Assembly: GCA_964016885.1 (NCBI GenBank)
Contig: CAXHJY010000096.1
Coordinates: 992,001 to 1,056,000, forward strand
Direction: 5' to 3'
Length of the DNA stretch: 64,000 nt
From: Eledone cirrhosa
Taxonomy: Eukaryota
Below the pieces are notes generated by a model. That model was given only the letters and a program-made list of their open reading frames with translations. It was not told the origin of the DNA and made no database searches. Of the stretch, positions 40,201-53,100 are shown one piece after another (positions within the stretch are counted from its first letter, which is position 1; every line of letters starts with the position of its first letter). The translations under genes and the position numbers were made by a program.

Positions 40201-41720
40201 AAATCAGGGGGAGATAATTTGTAAAAAAAAATCAGGGGGAGATAATTTGTAAAAAAAATCAAGGGGAGATAATTTGTAAAAAAAATCAAGGGGAGATAAT
40301 TTCCAGCCGTCCAAGGGGAGGTAATATCTAGCCGTCCAAGGGGAGATAATTTCCAGCCGTCCAACGGGAGATAATTTCCAGCCGTCCAAGGGTAGATAAT
40401 ATCCAGCCGCCCAAGGACATATTTTCCAGCCGTCCAAGGAGAGGTAATTTCTAGCCGTCCAAGGGGAGATAATTTCCAGCCGTCCAAGGGTAGATAATAT
40501 CCAGCCGTCCAAGGACATATTTTCCAGCCGTCCAAGGAGAGGTAATTTCTAGCCGTCCAAGGGGAGATAAATTCCAGCCTCCAAGGGGAGATAATTTCCA
40601 GCCAGCCAAGGGGAGATAATTTGTAAAAAAATCAGGGGGAGATAATTTGTAAAAAAAATCAGGGGGAGATAATTTGTAAAAAAAAATCAGGGGGAGATAA
40701 TTTGTAAAAAAAAATCAGGGGGAGATAATTTGCAAAAAAAATCAGGGGGAGATAATTTGTAAAAAAAAATCAGGGGTAGATAATTTGTAAAAAAAAATCA
40801 GGGGGAGATAATTTGTAAAAAAAAATCAGGGGGAGATAATTTGTAAAAAAAATCAAGGGGAGATAATTTGTAAAAAAAATCAAGGGGAGATAATTTCCAG
40901 CCGTCCAAGGGGAGGTAATATCTAGCCGTCCAAGGGGAGATAATTTCCAGCCGTCCAACGGGAGATAATTTCCAGCCGTCCAAGGGTAGATAATATCCAG
41001 CCGCCCAAGGACATATTTTCCAGCCGTCCAAGGAGAGGTAATTTCTAGCCGTCCAAGGGGAGATAATTTCCAGCCGTCCAAGGGTAGATAATATCCAGCC
41101 GTCCAAGGACATATTTTCCAGCCGTCCAAGGAGAGGTAATTTCTAGCCGTCCAAGGGGAGATAAATTCCAGCCTCCAAGGGGAGATAATTTCCAGCCAGC
41201 CAAGGGGAGATAATTTGTAAAAAAATCAGGGGGAGATAATTTGTAAAAAAAATCAGGGGGAGATAATTTGTAAAAAAAAATCAGGGGGAGATAATTTGTA
41301 AAAAAAAATCAGGGGGAGATAATTTGCAAAAAAAATCAGGGGGAGATAATTTGTAAAAAAAAATCAGGGGTAGATAATTTGTAAAAAAAAATCAGGGGGA
41401 GATAATTTGTAAAAAAAAATCAGGGGGAGATAATTTGTAAAAAAAATCAAGGGGAGATAATTTCCAGCCGTCCAAGGAGATTATAATTTTAAAAAAAATC
41501 AGGCGGAGATAATTTGTAAAAAAAAATCAGGGGGAGATAATTTGTAAAAAAAAATCAGGGGGAGATAATTTGTAAAAAAAAATCAGGGGGAGATAATTTG
41601 TAAAAAAAATCAGGAGGAGATAATTTGTAAAAAAAATCAAGGGGAGATAATTTCCAGCCGTCCAAGGAGAGATAATTTAAAAAAAAATCAGGCGGAGATA
41701 ATTTGTAAAAAAAAATCAGG
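30546..41720. repeat. ~10.6-kb higher-order unit, copy 2 (offset 14,586 from copy 1), carrying one extra 594-bp subunit
   Basis: ORF pairs 16094/30680, 17139/31725, 18668/33254, 20319/34905, 21630/36216, 24118/38704 and 25590/40176 differ by 14,586. Both copies share the rare variants GGGGCAGATAA, CAGCCGGCCAA, CCCACCAGCC and AATTATGCGG. Confidence 0.9.
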
Positions 41721-42900
41721 GGGAGATAATTTGTAAAAAAAAATCAGGTGGAGATAATTTGTAAAAAAAATCAAGGGGAGATAATTTCCAGCCGTCCAAG
41801 GGGAGATAATTTTCAGCCGTCCAAGGAGAGGTAATTTCTAACCGTCCGAGGAGAGATAATTTCCAGCCGTCCAAGGGGAGATAATTTCCAGCCGTCCAAG
41901 GGGAGATAATTTCCAGCCGTCCAAGGAGACATATTTTCCAGCCGTCCAAGGAGAGGTAATTTCTAGCCGTCCAAGGGGAGATAAATTCCAGCCTCCAAGG
42001 GGAGATAATTTCCAGCCAGCCAAGGGGAGATAATTTGTAAAAAAATCAGGGGGAGATAATTTGCAAAAAAAATCAGGGGGAGATAATTTGTAAAAAAAAT
42101 CAGGGGGAGATAATTTGTAAAAAATAATCAGGGGGAGATAATTTCCAGCCGTCCAAGGGAAGATAATTTCCAGCCCTCCAAGGGGCTATAATTTCCAGTG
42201 TCCAAGGGGAGATAATTTCCAGCCAGCGAAGGGGAGATAATTTTTTTAAAAAAATCATTGGGAGATTTGTAAAAAAAATCAGGGGGAGATAATTTGTAAA
42301 AAAAATCAAGGGGAGATAATTTCCAGCCGTCCAAGGGGAGGTAATATCTAGCCGTCCAAGGGGAGATAATTTCCAGCCGTCCAAGGGGAGATAATTTCCA
42401 GCCGTCCAAGGGTAGATAATATCCAGCCGCCCAAGGACATATTTTCCAGCCGTCCAAGGAGAGGTAATTTCTAGCCGTCCAAGGGGAGATAAATTCCAGC
42501 CTCCAAGGGGAGATAATTTCCAGCCAGCCAAGGGGAGATAATTTGTAAAAAAATCAGGGGGAGGTAATTTGTAAAAAAAATCAGGGGGAGATAATTTGTA
42601 AAAAAAAATCAGGGGGAGATAATTTGTAAAAAAAAATCAGGGGGAGATAATTTGCAAAAAAAATCAGGGGGAGATAATTTGTAAAAAAAAATCAGGGGTA
42701 GATAATTTGTAAAAAAAAATCAGGGGGAGATAATTTGTAAAAAAAAATCAGGGGGAGATAATTTGTAAAAAAAATCAAGGGGAGATAATTTCCAGCCGTC
42801 CAAGGAGAGATAATTTTAAAAAAAATCAGGCGGAGATAATTTGTAAAAAAAAATCAGGGGGAGATAATTTGTAAAAAAAATCAGGGGGAGATAATTTGTA
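38200..42900. repeat. Direct repeat of a 1.5-2 kb segment at offset 3012
   Basis: ORF pairs 38704/41716, 38826/41838, 39088/42100 and 39116/42128 differ by 3012. Confidence 0.8.
39520..41203. repeat. Tandem subunits of 496 + 594 + 594 bp (496 + 594 at 24934-26023)
   Basis: The CCAGCCAGCCAA terminator ends at 39519, 40015, 40609 and 41203; in the sister copy it ends at 24933, 25429 and 26023. Confidence 0.9.
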
Positions 42901-45900
42901 AAAAAAAATCAGGGGTAGATAATTTGTAAAAAAAAAATCAGGGGGAGATAATTTGTAAAAAAAAATCAGGGGGAGATAATTTGTAAAAAAAATCAAGGGG
43001 AGATAATTTCCAGCCGTCCAAGGAGAGATAATTTAAAAAAAAATCAGGCGGAGATAATTTGTAAAAAAAAATTAGGGGGAGATAATTTGTAAAAAAAAAT
43101 CAGGGGGAGATAATTTGTAAAAAAAATCAAGGGGAGATAATTTCCAGCCGTCCAAGGGGAGATAATTTTCAGCCGTCCAAGGGGAGATAATTTCCCGCCA
43201 GCCAAGGGAAGATAATATTCAAAAAAATCAGGCGGAGATAATTTGTAAAAAAAATCAGGGGGAGATAATTTGTAAAAAAATCAGGGGGAGATAATTTGTA
43301 AAAAAAAAAATCAGGGGGAGATAATTTGTAAAAAAAATCAGGGGGAGATAATTTGTAAAAAAAAATCAGGGGTAGATAATTTGTAAAAAAAAATCAGGGG
43401 GAGATAATTTGTAAAAAAAAATCAGGGGGAGATAATTTGTAAAAAAAATGAAAGGGGAGATAATATCCAGCCGTCCAAGGGGAGATAATTTCCAGCCGTC
43501 CAAGGGGAGATAATTTCCAGCCGTCCAAGGGGAGAAAATTTCCATCCTTCCAAGGGGATATAATTTCCAGCCGTCCAAGGGGAGATAATTTCCATCCTTC
43601 CAAGGGGATATAATTTCCAGCCGTCCAAGGGGAGATAATTTTCAGCCGTCCAAGGAGAGGTAATTTCTAGCCGTCCAAGGAGAGATAATTTCCAGCCGTC
43701 CAAGGGGAGATAATTTCCAGCCGTCCAAGGGGAGATAATTTCCAGCCGTCCAAGGAGACATATTTTCCAGCCGTCCAAGGAGAGGTAATTCCTAGCCGTC
43801 CAAGGGGAGATAAATTCCAGCCTCCAAGGGGAGATAATTTCCAGCCAGCCAAGGGGAGATAATTTGTAAAAAAAATCAGGGGGAGATAATTTCTAAAAAA
43901 AATCAGGGGGAGATAATTTGTAAAAAAAAATCAGGGGGAGATAATTTGTAAAAAATAATCAGGGGGAGATAATTTGTAAAAAAAATCAAGGGGAGATAAT
44001 TTCCAGCCGTCCAAGGGGAGATAATTTTCAGCCGTCCAAGGGGAGATAATTTCCCGCCAGCCAAGGGAAGATAATATTTAAAAAAATTAGGCGGAGATAA
44101 TTTGTAAAAAAAATCAGGGGGAGATAATTTGTAAAAAAATCAGGGGGAGATAATTTGTAAAAAAAATCAGGGGGAGATAATTTGTAAAAAAAATCAGGGG
44201 GAGATAATTTGTAAAAAAAAATCAGGGGTAGATAATTTGTAAAAAAAAATCAGGGGGAGATAATTTGTAAAAAAAAATCAGGGGGAGATAATTTGTAAAA
44301 AAAATCAAGGGGAGATAATTTCCAGCCGTCCAAGGAGAGATAATTTTAAAAAAAATAAGGCGGAGATAATTTGTAAAAAAAAATCAGGGGGAGATAATTT
44401 GTAAAAAAAATCAAGGGGAGATAATTTCCAGCCGTCCAAGGGGAGATAATTTTCAGCCGTCCAAGGGGAGATAATTTCCCGCCAGCCAAGGGAAGATAAT
44501 ATTCAAAAAAATCAGGCGGAGATAATTTGTAAAAAAAATCAGGGGGAGATAATTTGTAAAAAAATCAGGGGGAGATAATTTGTAAAAAAAAAAATCAGGG
44601 GGAGATAATTTGTAAAAAAAATCAGGGGGAGATAATTTGTAAAAAAAATCAGGGGTAGATAATTTGTAAAAAAAAATCAGGGGGAGATAATTTGTAAAAA
44701 AAAATCAGGGGGAGATAATTTGTAAAAAAAATGAAAGGGGAGATAATATCCAGCCGTCCAAGGGGAGATAATTTCCAGCCGTCCAAGGGGAGATAATTTC
44801 CAGCCGTCCAAGGGGAGATAATTTCCATCCTTCCAAGGGGATATAATTTCCAGCCGTCCAAGGGGAGATAATTTCCATCCTTCCAAGGGGATATAATTTC
44901 CAGCCGTCCAAGGGGAGATAATTTTCAGCCGTCCAAGGAGAGGTAATTTCTAGTCGTCCAAGGAGAGATAATTTCCAGCCGTCCAAGGGGAGATAATTTC
45001 CAGCCGTCCAAGGGGAGATAATTTCCAGCCGTCCAAGGAGACATATTTTCCAGCCGTCCAAGGAGAGGTAATTCCTAGCCGTCCAAGGGGAGATAAATTC
45101 CAGCCTCCAAGGGGAGATAATTTCCAGCCAGCCAAGGGGAGATAATTTGTAAAAAAAATCAGGGGGAGATAATTTGTAAAAAAAATCAGGGGGAGATAAT
45201 TTGTAAAAAAAAATCAGGGGGAGATAATTTGTAAAAAATAATCAGGGGGAGATAATTTGTAAAAAAAATCAAGGGGAGATAATTTCCAGCCGTCCAAGGG
45301 GAGATAATTTTCAGCCGTCCAAGGGGAGATAATTTCCCGCCAGCCAAGGGAAGATAATATTTTAAAAAATTAGGCGGAGATAATTTGTAAAAAAAATCAG
45401 GGGGAGATAATTTGTAAAAAAATCAGGGGGAGATAATTTGTAAAAAAAATCAGGGGGAGATAATTTGTAAAAAAAATCAGGGGGAGATAATTTGTAAAAA
45501 AAAATCAGGGGTAGATAATTTGTAAAAAAAAATCAGGGCGAGATAATTTGTAAAAAAAATCAAGGGGAGATAATTTCCAGCCGTCCAAGGGAAGATAATT
45601 TCCAGCCCTCCAAGGGGCTATAATTTCCAGCGTCCAAGGGGAGATAATTTCCAGCCAGCGAAGGGGAGATAATTTTTTTAAAAAAATCATTGGGAGATTT
45701 GTAAAAAAAATCAGGGGGAGATAATTTGTAAAAAAAATCAAGGGGAGATAATTTCCAGCCGTCCAAGGGGAGGTAATATCTAGCCGTCCAAGGGTAGATA
45801 ATTTCCAGCCGTCCAACGGGAGATAATTTCCAGCCGTCCAAGGGTAGATAATATCCAGCCGCCCAAGGACACATTTTCCAGCCGTCCAAGGAGAGGTAAT

Positions 45901-46719
45901 TTCTAGCCGTCCAAGGGGAGATAATTTCCAGCCGTCCAAGGGTAGATAATATCCAGCCGTCCAAGGACATATTTTCCAGCCGTCCAAGGAGAGGTAATTT
46001 CTAGCCGTCCAAGGGGAGATAAATTCCAGCCTCCAAGGGGAGATAATTTCCAGCCAGCCAAGGGGAGATAATTTGTAAAAAAATCAGGGGGAGATAATTT
46101 GTAAAAAAAATCAGGGGGAGATAATTTGTAAAAAAAAATCAGGGGGAGATAATTTGTAAAAAAAAATCAGGGGGAGATAATTTGCAAAAAAAATCAGGGG
46201 GAGATAATTTGTAAAAAAAAATCAGGGGTAGATAATTTGTAAAAAAAAATCAGGGGGAGATAATTTGTAAAAAAAAATCAGGGGGAGATAATTTGTAAAA
46301 AAAATCAAGGGGAGATAATTTCCAGCCGTCCAAGGAGAGATAATTTTAAAAAAAATCAGGCGGAGATAATTTGTAAAAAAAAATCAGGGGGAGATAATTT
46401 GTAAAAAAAAATCAGGGGGAGATAATTTGTAAAAAAAAATCAGGGGGAGATAATTTGTAAAAAAAATCAGGAGATAATTTGTAAAAAAAATCAAGGGGAG
46501 ATAATTTCCAGCCGTCCAAGGAGAGATAATTTAAAAAAAAATCAGGCGGAGATAATTTGTAAAAAAAAATCAGGGGGAGATAATTTGTAAAAAAAAATCA
46601 GGGGGAGATAATTTGTAAAAAAAATCAAGGGGAGATAATTTCCAGCCGTCCAAGGGGAGATAATTTTCAGCCGTCCAAGGGGAGATAATTTCCCGCCAGC
46701 CAAGGGAAGATAATATTCA

Positions 46720-49700
46720 AAAAAATCAGGCGGAGATAATTTGTAAAAAAAATCAGGGGGAGATAATTTGTAAAAAAATCAGGGGGAGATAATTTGTAAA
46801 AAAAAAAATCAGGGGGAGATAATTTTTAAAAAAAATCAGGGGGAGATAATTTGTAAAAAAAAATCAGGGGTAGATAATTTGTAAAAAAAAATCAGGGGGA
46901 GATAATTTGTAAAAAAAAATCAGGGGGAGATAATTTGTAAAAAAAATGAAAGGGGAGATAATATCCAGCCGTCCAAGGGGAGATAATTTCCAGCCGTCCA
47001 AGGGGAGATAATTTCCAGCCGTCCAAGGGGAGATAATTTCCATCCTTCCAAGGGGATATAATTTCCAGCCGTCCAAGGGGAGATAATTTCCATCCTTCCA
47101 AGGGGATATAATTTCCAGCCGTCCAAGGGGAGATAATTTTCAGCCGTCCAAGGAGAGGTAATTTCTAGCCGTCCAAGGAGAGATAATTTCCAGCCGTCCA
47201 AGGGGAGATAATTTCCAGCCGTCCAAGGGGAGATAATTTCCAGCCGTCCAAGGAGACATATTTTCCAGCCGTCCAAGGAGAGGTAATTCCTAGCCGTCCA
47301 AGGGGAGATAAATTCCAGCCTCCAAGGGGAGATAATTTCCAGCCAGCCAAGGGGAGATAATTTGTAAAAAAAATCAGGGGGAGATAATTTGTAAAAAAAA
47401 TCAGGGGGAGATAATTTGTAAAAAAAAATCAGGGGGAGATAATTTGTAAAAAATAATCAGGGGGAGATAATTTGTAAAAAAAATCAAGGGGAGATAATTT
47501 CCAGCCGTCCAAGGGGAGATAATTTTCAGCCGTCCAAGGGGAGATAATTTCCCGCCAGCCAAGGGAAGATAATATTTTAAAAAATTAGGCGGAGATAATT
47601 TGTAAAAAAAATCAGGGGGAGATAATTTGTAAAAAAATCAGGGGGAGATAATTTGTAAAAAAAATCAGGGGGAGATAATTTGTAAAAAAAATCAGGGGGA
47701 GATAATTTGTAAAAAAAATTCAGGGGGAGATAATTTGTAAAAAAAATCAAGGGGAGATAATTTCCAGCCGTCCAAGGGAAGATAATTTCCAGCCCTCCAA
47801 GGGGCTATAATTTCCAGCGTCCAAGGGGAGATAATTTCCAGCCAGCGAAGGGGAGATAATTTTTTTTTAAAAATCATTGGGAGATTTGTAAAAAAAATCA
47901 GGGGGAGATAATTTGTAAAAAAAATCAAGGGGAGATAATTTCCAGCCCTCCAAGGGGAGGTAATATCTAGCCGTCCAAGGGGAGATAATTTCCAGCCGTC
48001 CAAGGGGAGATAATTTCCAGCCGTCCAAGGGTAGATAATATCCAGCCGTCCAAGGACATATTTTCCAGCCGTCCAAGGAGAGGTAATTTCTAGCCGTCCA
48101 AGGGGAGATAAATTCCAGCCTCCAAGGTGAGATAATTTCCAGCCAGCCAAGGGGAGATAATTTGTAAAAAAATCAGGGGGAGATAATTTGTAAAAAAAAT
48201 CAGGGGGAGATAATTTGTAAAAAAAAATCAGGGGGAGATAATTTGTAAAAAAAATCAGGGGGAGATAATTTGTAAAAAAAAATCAGGGGGAGATAATTTG
48301 TAAAAAAAATCAAGGGGAGATAATTTCCAGCCGTCCAAGGGGAGATAATTTCCCGCCAGCCAAGGGAAGATAATATTTAAAAAAATCAGGCGGAGATAAT
48401 TTGTAAAAAAAATCAGGGGGAGATAATTTGTAAAAAAATCAGGGGGAGATAATTTGTAAAAAAAAAAATCAGGGGGAGATAATTTTTAAAAAAAATCAGG
48501 GGGAGATAATTTGTAAAAAAAAATCAGGGGTAGATAATTTGTAAAAAAAAATCAGGGGGAGATAATTTGTAAAAAAAAATCAGGGGGAGATAATTTGTAA
48601 AAAAAATGAAAGGGGAGATAATATCCAGCCGTCCAAGGGGAGATAATTTCCAGCCGTCCAAGGGGAGATAATTTCCAGCCGTCCAAGGGGAGATAATTTC
48701 CATCCTTCCAAGGGGATATAATTTCCAGCCGTCCAAGGGGAGATAATTTCCATCCTTCCAAGGGGATATAATTTCCAGCCGTCCAAGGGGAGATAATTTT
48801 CAGCCGTCCAAGGAGAGGTAATTTCTAGCCGTCCAAGGAGAGATAATTTCCAGCCGTCCAAGGGGAGATAATTTCCAGCCGTCCAAGGGGAGATAATTTC
48901 CAGCCGTCCAAGGAGACATATTTTCCAGCCGTCCAAGGAGAGGTAATTCCTAGCCGTCCAAGGGGAGATAAATTCCAGCCTCCAAGGGGAGATAATTTCC
49001 AGCCAGCCAAGGGGAGATAATTTGTAAAAAAAATCAGGGGGAGATAATTTGTAAAAAAAATCAGGGGGAGATAATTTGTAAAAAAAAATCAGGGGGAGAT
49101 AATTTGTAAAAAATAATCAGGGGGAGATAATTTGTAAAAAAAATCAAGGGGAGATAATTTCCAGCCGTCCAAGGGGAGATAATTTTCAGCCGTCCAAGGG
49201 GAGATAATTTCCCGCCAGCCAAGGGAAGATAATATTTAAAAAAATTAGGCGGAGATAATTTGTAAAAAAAATCAGGGGGAGATAATTTGTAAAAAAATCA
49301 GGGGGAGATAATTTGTAAAAAAAATCAGGGGGAGATAATTTGTAAAAAAAATCAGGGGGAGATAATTTGTAAAAAAAATTCAGGGGGAGATAATTTGTAA
49401 AAAAAATCAAGGGGAGATAATTTCCAGCCGTCCAAGGGAAGATAATTTCCAGCCCTCCAAGGGGCTATAATTTCCAGCGTCCAAGGGGAGATAATTTCCA
49501 GCCAGCGAAGGGGAGATAATTTTTTTTTAAAAATCATTGGGAGATTTGTAAAAAAAATCAGGGGGAGATAATTTGTAAAAAAAATCAAGGGGAGATAATT
49601 TCCAGCCCTCCAAGGGGAGGTAATATCTAGCCGTCCAAGGGGAGATAATTTCCAGCCGTCCAAGGGGAGATAATTTCCAGCCGTCCAAGGGTAGATAATA

Positions 49701-50120
49701 TCCAGCCGTCCAAGGACATATTTTCCAGCCGTCCAAGGAGAGGTAATTTCTAGCCGTCCAAGGGGAGATAAATTCCAGCCTCCAAGGTGAGATAATTTCC
49801 AGCCAGCCAAGGGGAGATAATTTGTAAAAAAATCAGGGGGAGATAATTTGTAAAAAAAATCAGGGGGAGATAATTTGTAAAAAAAAATCAGGGGGAGATA
49901 ATTTGTAAAAAAAATCAGGGGGAGATAATTTGTAAAAAAAAATCAGGGGGAGATAATTTGTAAAAAAAATCAAGGGGAGATAATTTCCAGCCGTCCAAGG
50001 GGAGATAATTTCCCGCCAGCCAAGGGAAGATAATATTTAAAAAAATCAGGCGGAGATAATTTGTAAAAAAAATCAGGGGGAGATAATTTGTAAAAAAATC
50101 AGGGGGAGATAATTTGTAAA
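46720..50120. repeat. Tandem duplication, 1660-bp unit, about 2 copies
   Basis: ORF pairs 46864/48524, 47165/48825, 47692/49352 and 47867/49527 differ by 1660. Both copies share CCAGCCCTCCAAGGGGAGGT (47942/49602) and AAATTCAGGGGG. Confidence 0.92.
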
Positions 50121-53100
50121 AAAAAAATCAGGGGGAGATAATTTGTAAAAAAAATCAGGGGGAGATAATTTGTAAAAAAAAATCAGGGGTAGATAAATTG
50201 TAAAAAAAAATCAGGGGGAGATAATTTGTAAAAAAAATCAGGGGGAGATAATTTGTAAAAAACATGAAAGGGGAGATAATATCCAGCCGTCCAAGGGGAG
50301 ATAATTTCCAGCCGTCCAAGGGGAGATAATTTCCAGCCGTCCAAGGGGAGATAATTTCCATCCTTCCAAGGGGATATAATTTCCAGCCGTCCAAGGGGAG
50401 ATAATTTCCCGCCAGCCAAGGGAAGATAATTTTTAAAAAAATCAGGCGGAGATTGTAAAAAAAATCAGGGGGGAGATAATTTGTAAAAAAATCAGGGGGA
50501 GATAATTTGTAAAAAAAAATCAGGGGGAGATAATTTGTAAAAAATAATCAGGGGGAGATAATTTGTAAAAAAAAATCAAGGGGAGATAATTTCCAGCCGT
50601 CCAAGGGGAGATAATTTCCCGCCAGCCAAGGGAAGATAATATTTAAAAAAATTAGGCGGAGATAATTTGTAAAAAAAATCAGGGGTAGATAATTTGTAAA
50701 AAAAAATCAGGGGGAGATAATTTGTAAAAAAAATCAAGGGGAGATAATTTCCAGCCGTCCAAGGGAAGATAATTTCCAGCCCTCCAAGGGGCTATAATTT
50801 CCAGCGTCCAAGGGGAGATAATTTCCAGCCAGCGAAGGGGAGATAATTTTTTAAAAAAAATCATTGGGAGATTTGTAAAAAAAAATCAGGGGGAGATAAT
50901 TTGTAAAAAAAATCAAGGGGAGATAATTTCCAGCCGTCCAAGGGGAGGTAATATCTAGCCGTCCAAGGGTAGATAATTTCCAGCCGTCCAACGGGAGATA
51001 ATTTCCAGCCGTCCAAGGGTAGATAATATCCAGCCGCCCAAGGACATATTTTCCAGCCGTCCAAGGAGAGGTAATTTCTAGCCGTCCAAGGGGAGATAAT
51101 TTCCAGCCGTCCAAGGGTAGATAATATCCAGCCGTCCAAGGACATATTTTCCAGCCGTCCAAGGAGAGGTAATTTCTAGCCGTCCAAGGGGAGATAAATT
51201 CCAGCCTCCAAGGGGAGATAATTTCCAGCCAGCCAAGGGGAGATAATTTGTAAAAAAATCAGGGGGAGATAATTTGTAAAAAAAATCAGGGGGAGATAAT
51301 TTGTAAAAAAAAATCAGGGGGAGATAATTTGTAAAAAAAAATCAGGGGGAGATAATTTGCAAAAAAAATCAGAGGGAGATAATTTGTAAAAAAAAATCAG
51401 GGGTAGATAATTTGTAAAAAAAAATCAGGGGGAGATAATTTGTAAAAAAAAATCAGGGGGAGATAATTTGTAAAAAAAATCAAGGGGAGATAATTTCCAG
51501 CCGTCCAAGGAGAGATAATTTTAAAAAAAATCAGGCGGAGATAATTTGTAAAAAAAAATCAGGGGGAGATAACTTGTAAAAAAAAATCAGGGGGAGATAA
51601 TTTGTAAAAAAAAATCAGGGGGAGATAATTTGTAAAAAAAATCAGGAGGAGATAATTTGTAAAAATAATCAAGGGGAGATAATTTCCAGCCGTCCAAGGA
51701 GAGATAATTTAAAAAAAAATCAGGCGGAGATAATTTGTAAAAAAAAATCAGGGGGAGATAATTTGTAAAAAAAAATCAGGGGGAGATAATTTGTAAAAAA
51801 AATCAAGGGGAGATAATTTCCAGCCGTCCAAGGGGAGATAATTTTCAGCCGTCCAAGGGGAGATAATTTCCCGCCAGCCAAGGGAAGATAATATTCAAAA
51901 AAATCAGGCGGAGATAATTTGTAAAAAAAATCAGGGGGAGATAATTTGTAAAAAAATCAGGGGGAGATAATTTGTAAAAAAAAAAATCAGGGGGAGATAA
52001 TTTTTAAAAAAAATCAGGGGGAGATAATTTGTAAAAAAAAATCAGGGGTAGATAATTTGTAAAAAAAAATCAGGGGGAGATAATTTGTAAAAAAAAATCA
52101 GGGGGAGATAATTTGTAAAAAAAATGAAAGGGGAGATAATTTCCAGCCGTCCAAGGGGAGATAATTTCCAGCCGTCCAAGGGGAGATAATTTCCAGCCGT
52201 CCAAGGGGAGATAATTTCCATCCTTCCAAGGGGATATAATTTCCAGCCGTCCAAGGGGAGATAATTTCCATCCTTCCAAGGGGATATAATTTCCAGCCGT
52301 CCAAGGGGAGATAATTTTCAGCCGTCCAAGGAGAGGTAATTTCTAGCCGTCCAAGGAGAGATAATTTCCAGCCGTCCAAGGGGAGATAATTTCCAGCCGT
52401 CCAAGGGGAGATAATTTCCAGCCGTCCAAGGAGACATATTTTCCAGCCGTCCAAGGAGAGGTAATTCCTAGCCGTCCAAGGGGAGATAAATTCCAGCCTC
52501 CAAGGGGAGATAATTTCCAGCCAGCCAAGGGGAGATAATTTGTAAAAAAAATCAGGGGGAGATAATTTGTAAAAAAAATGAGGGGGAGATAATTTGTAAA
52601 AAAAAATCAGGGGGAGATAATTTGTAAAAAATAATCAGGGGGAGATAATTTGTAAAAAAAATCAAGGGGAGATAATTTCCAGCCGTCCAAGGGGAGATAA
52701 TTTTCAGCCGTCCAAGGGGAGATAATTTCCCGCCAGCCAAGGGAAGATAATATTTAAAAAAATTAGGCGGAGATAATTTGTAAAGAAAATCAGGGGGAGA
52801 TAATTTGTAAAAAAATCAGGGGGAGATAATTTGTAAAAAAAATCAGGGGGAGATAATTTGTAAAAAAAATCAGGGGGAGATAATTTGTAAAAAAAAATCA
52901 GGGGGAGATAATTTGAAAAAAATATCAAGGGGAGATAATTTCCAGCCCTCCAAGGGGCTATAATTTCCAGCGTCCAAGGGGAGATAATTTCCAGCCAGCG
53001 AAGGGGAGATAATTTTTTTTAAAAAATCATTGGGAGATTTGTAAAAAAAATCAGGGGGAGATAATTTGTAAAAAAAATCAAGGGGAGATAATTTCCAGCC

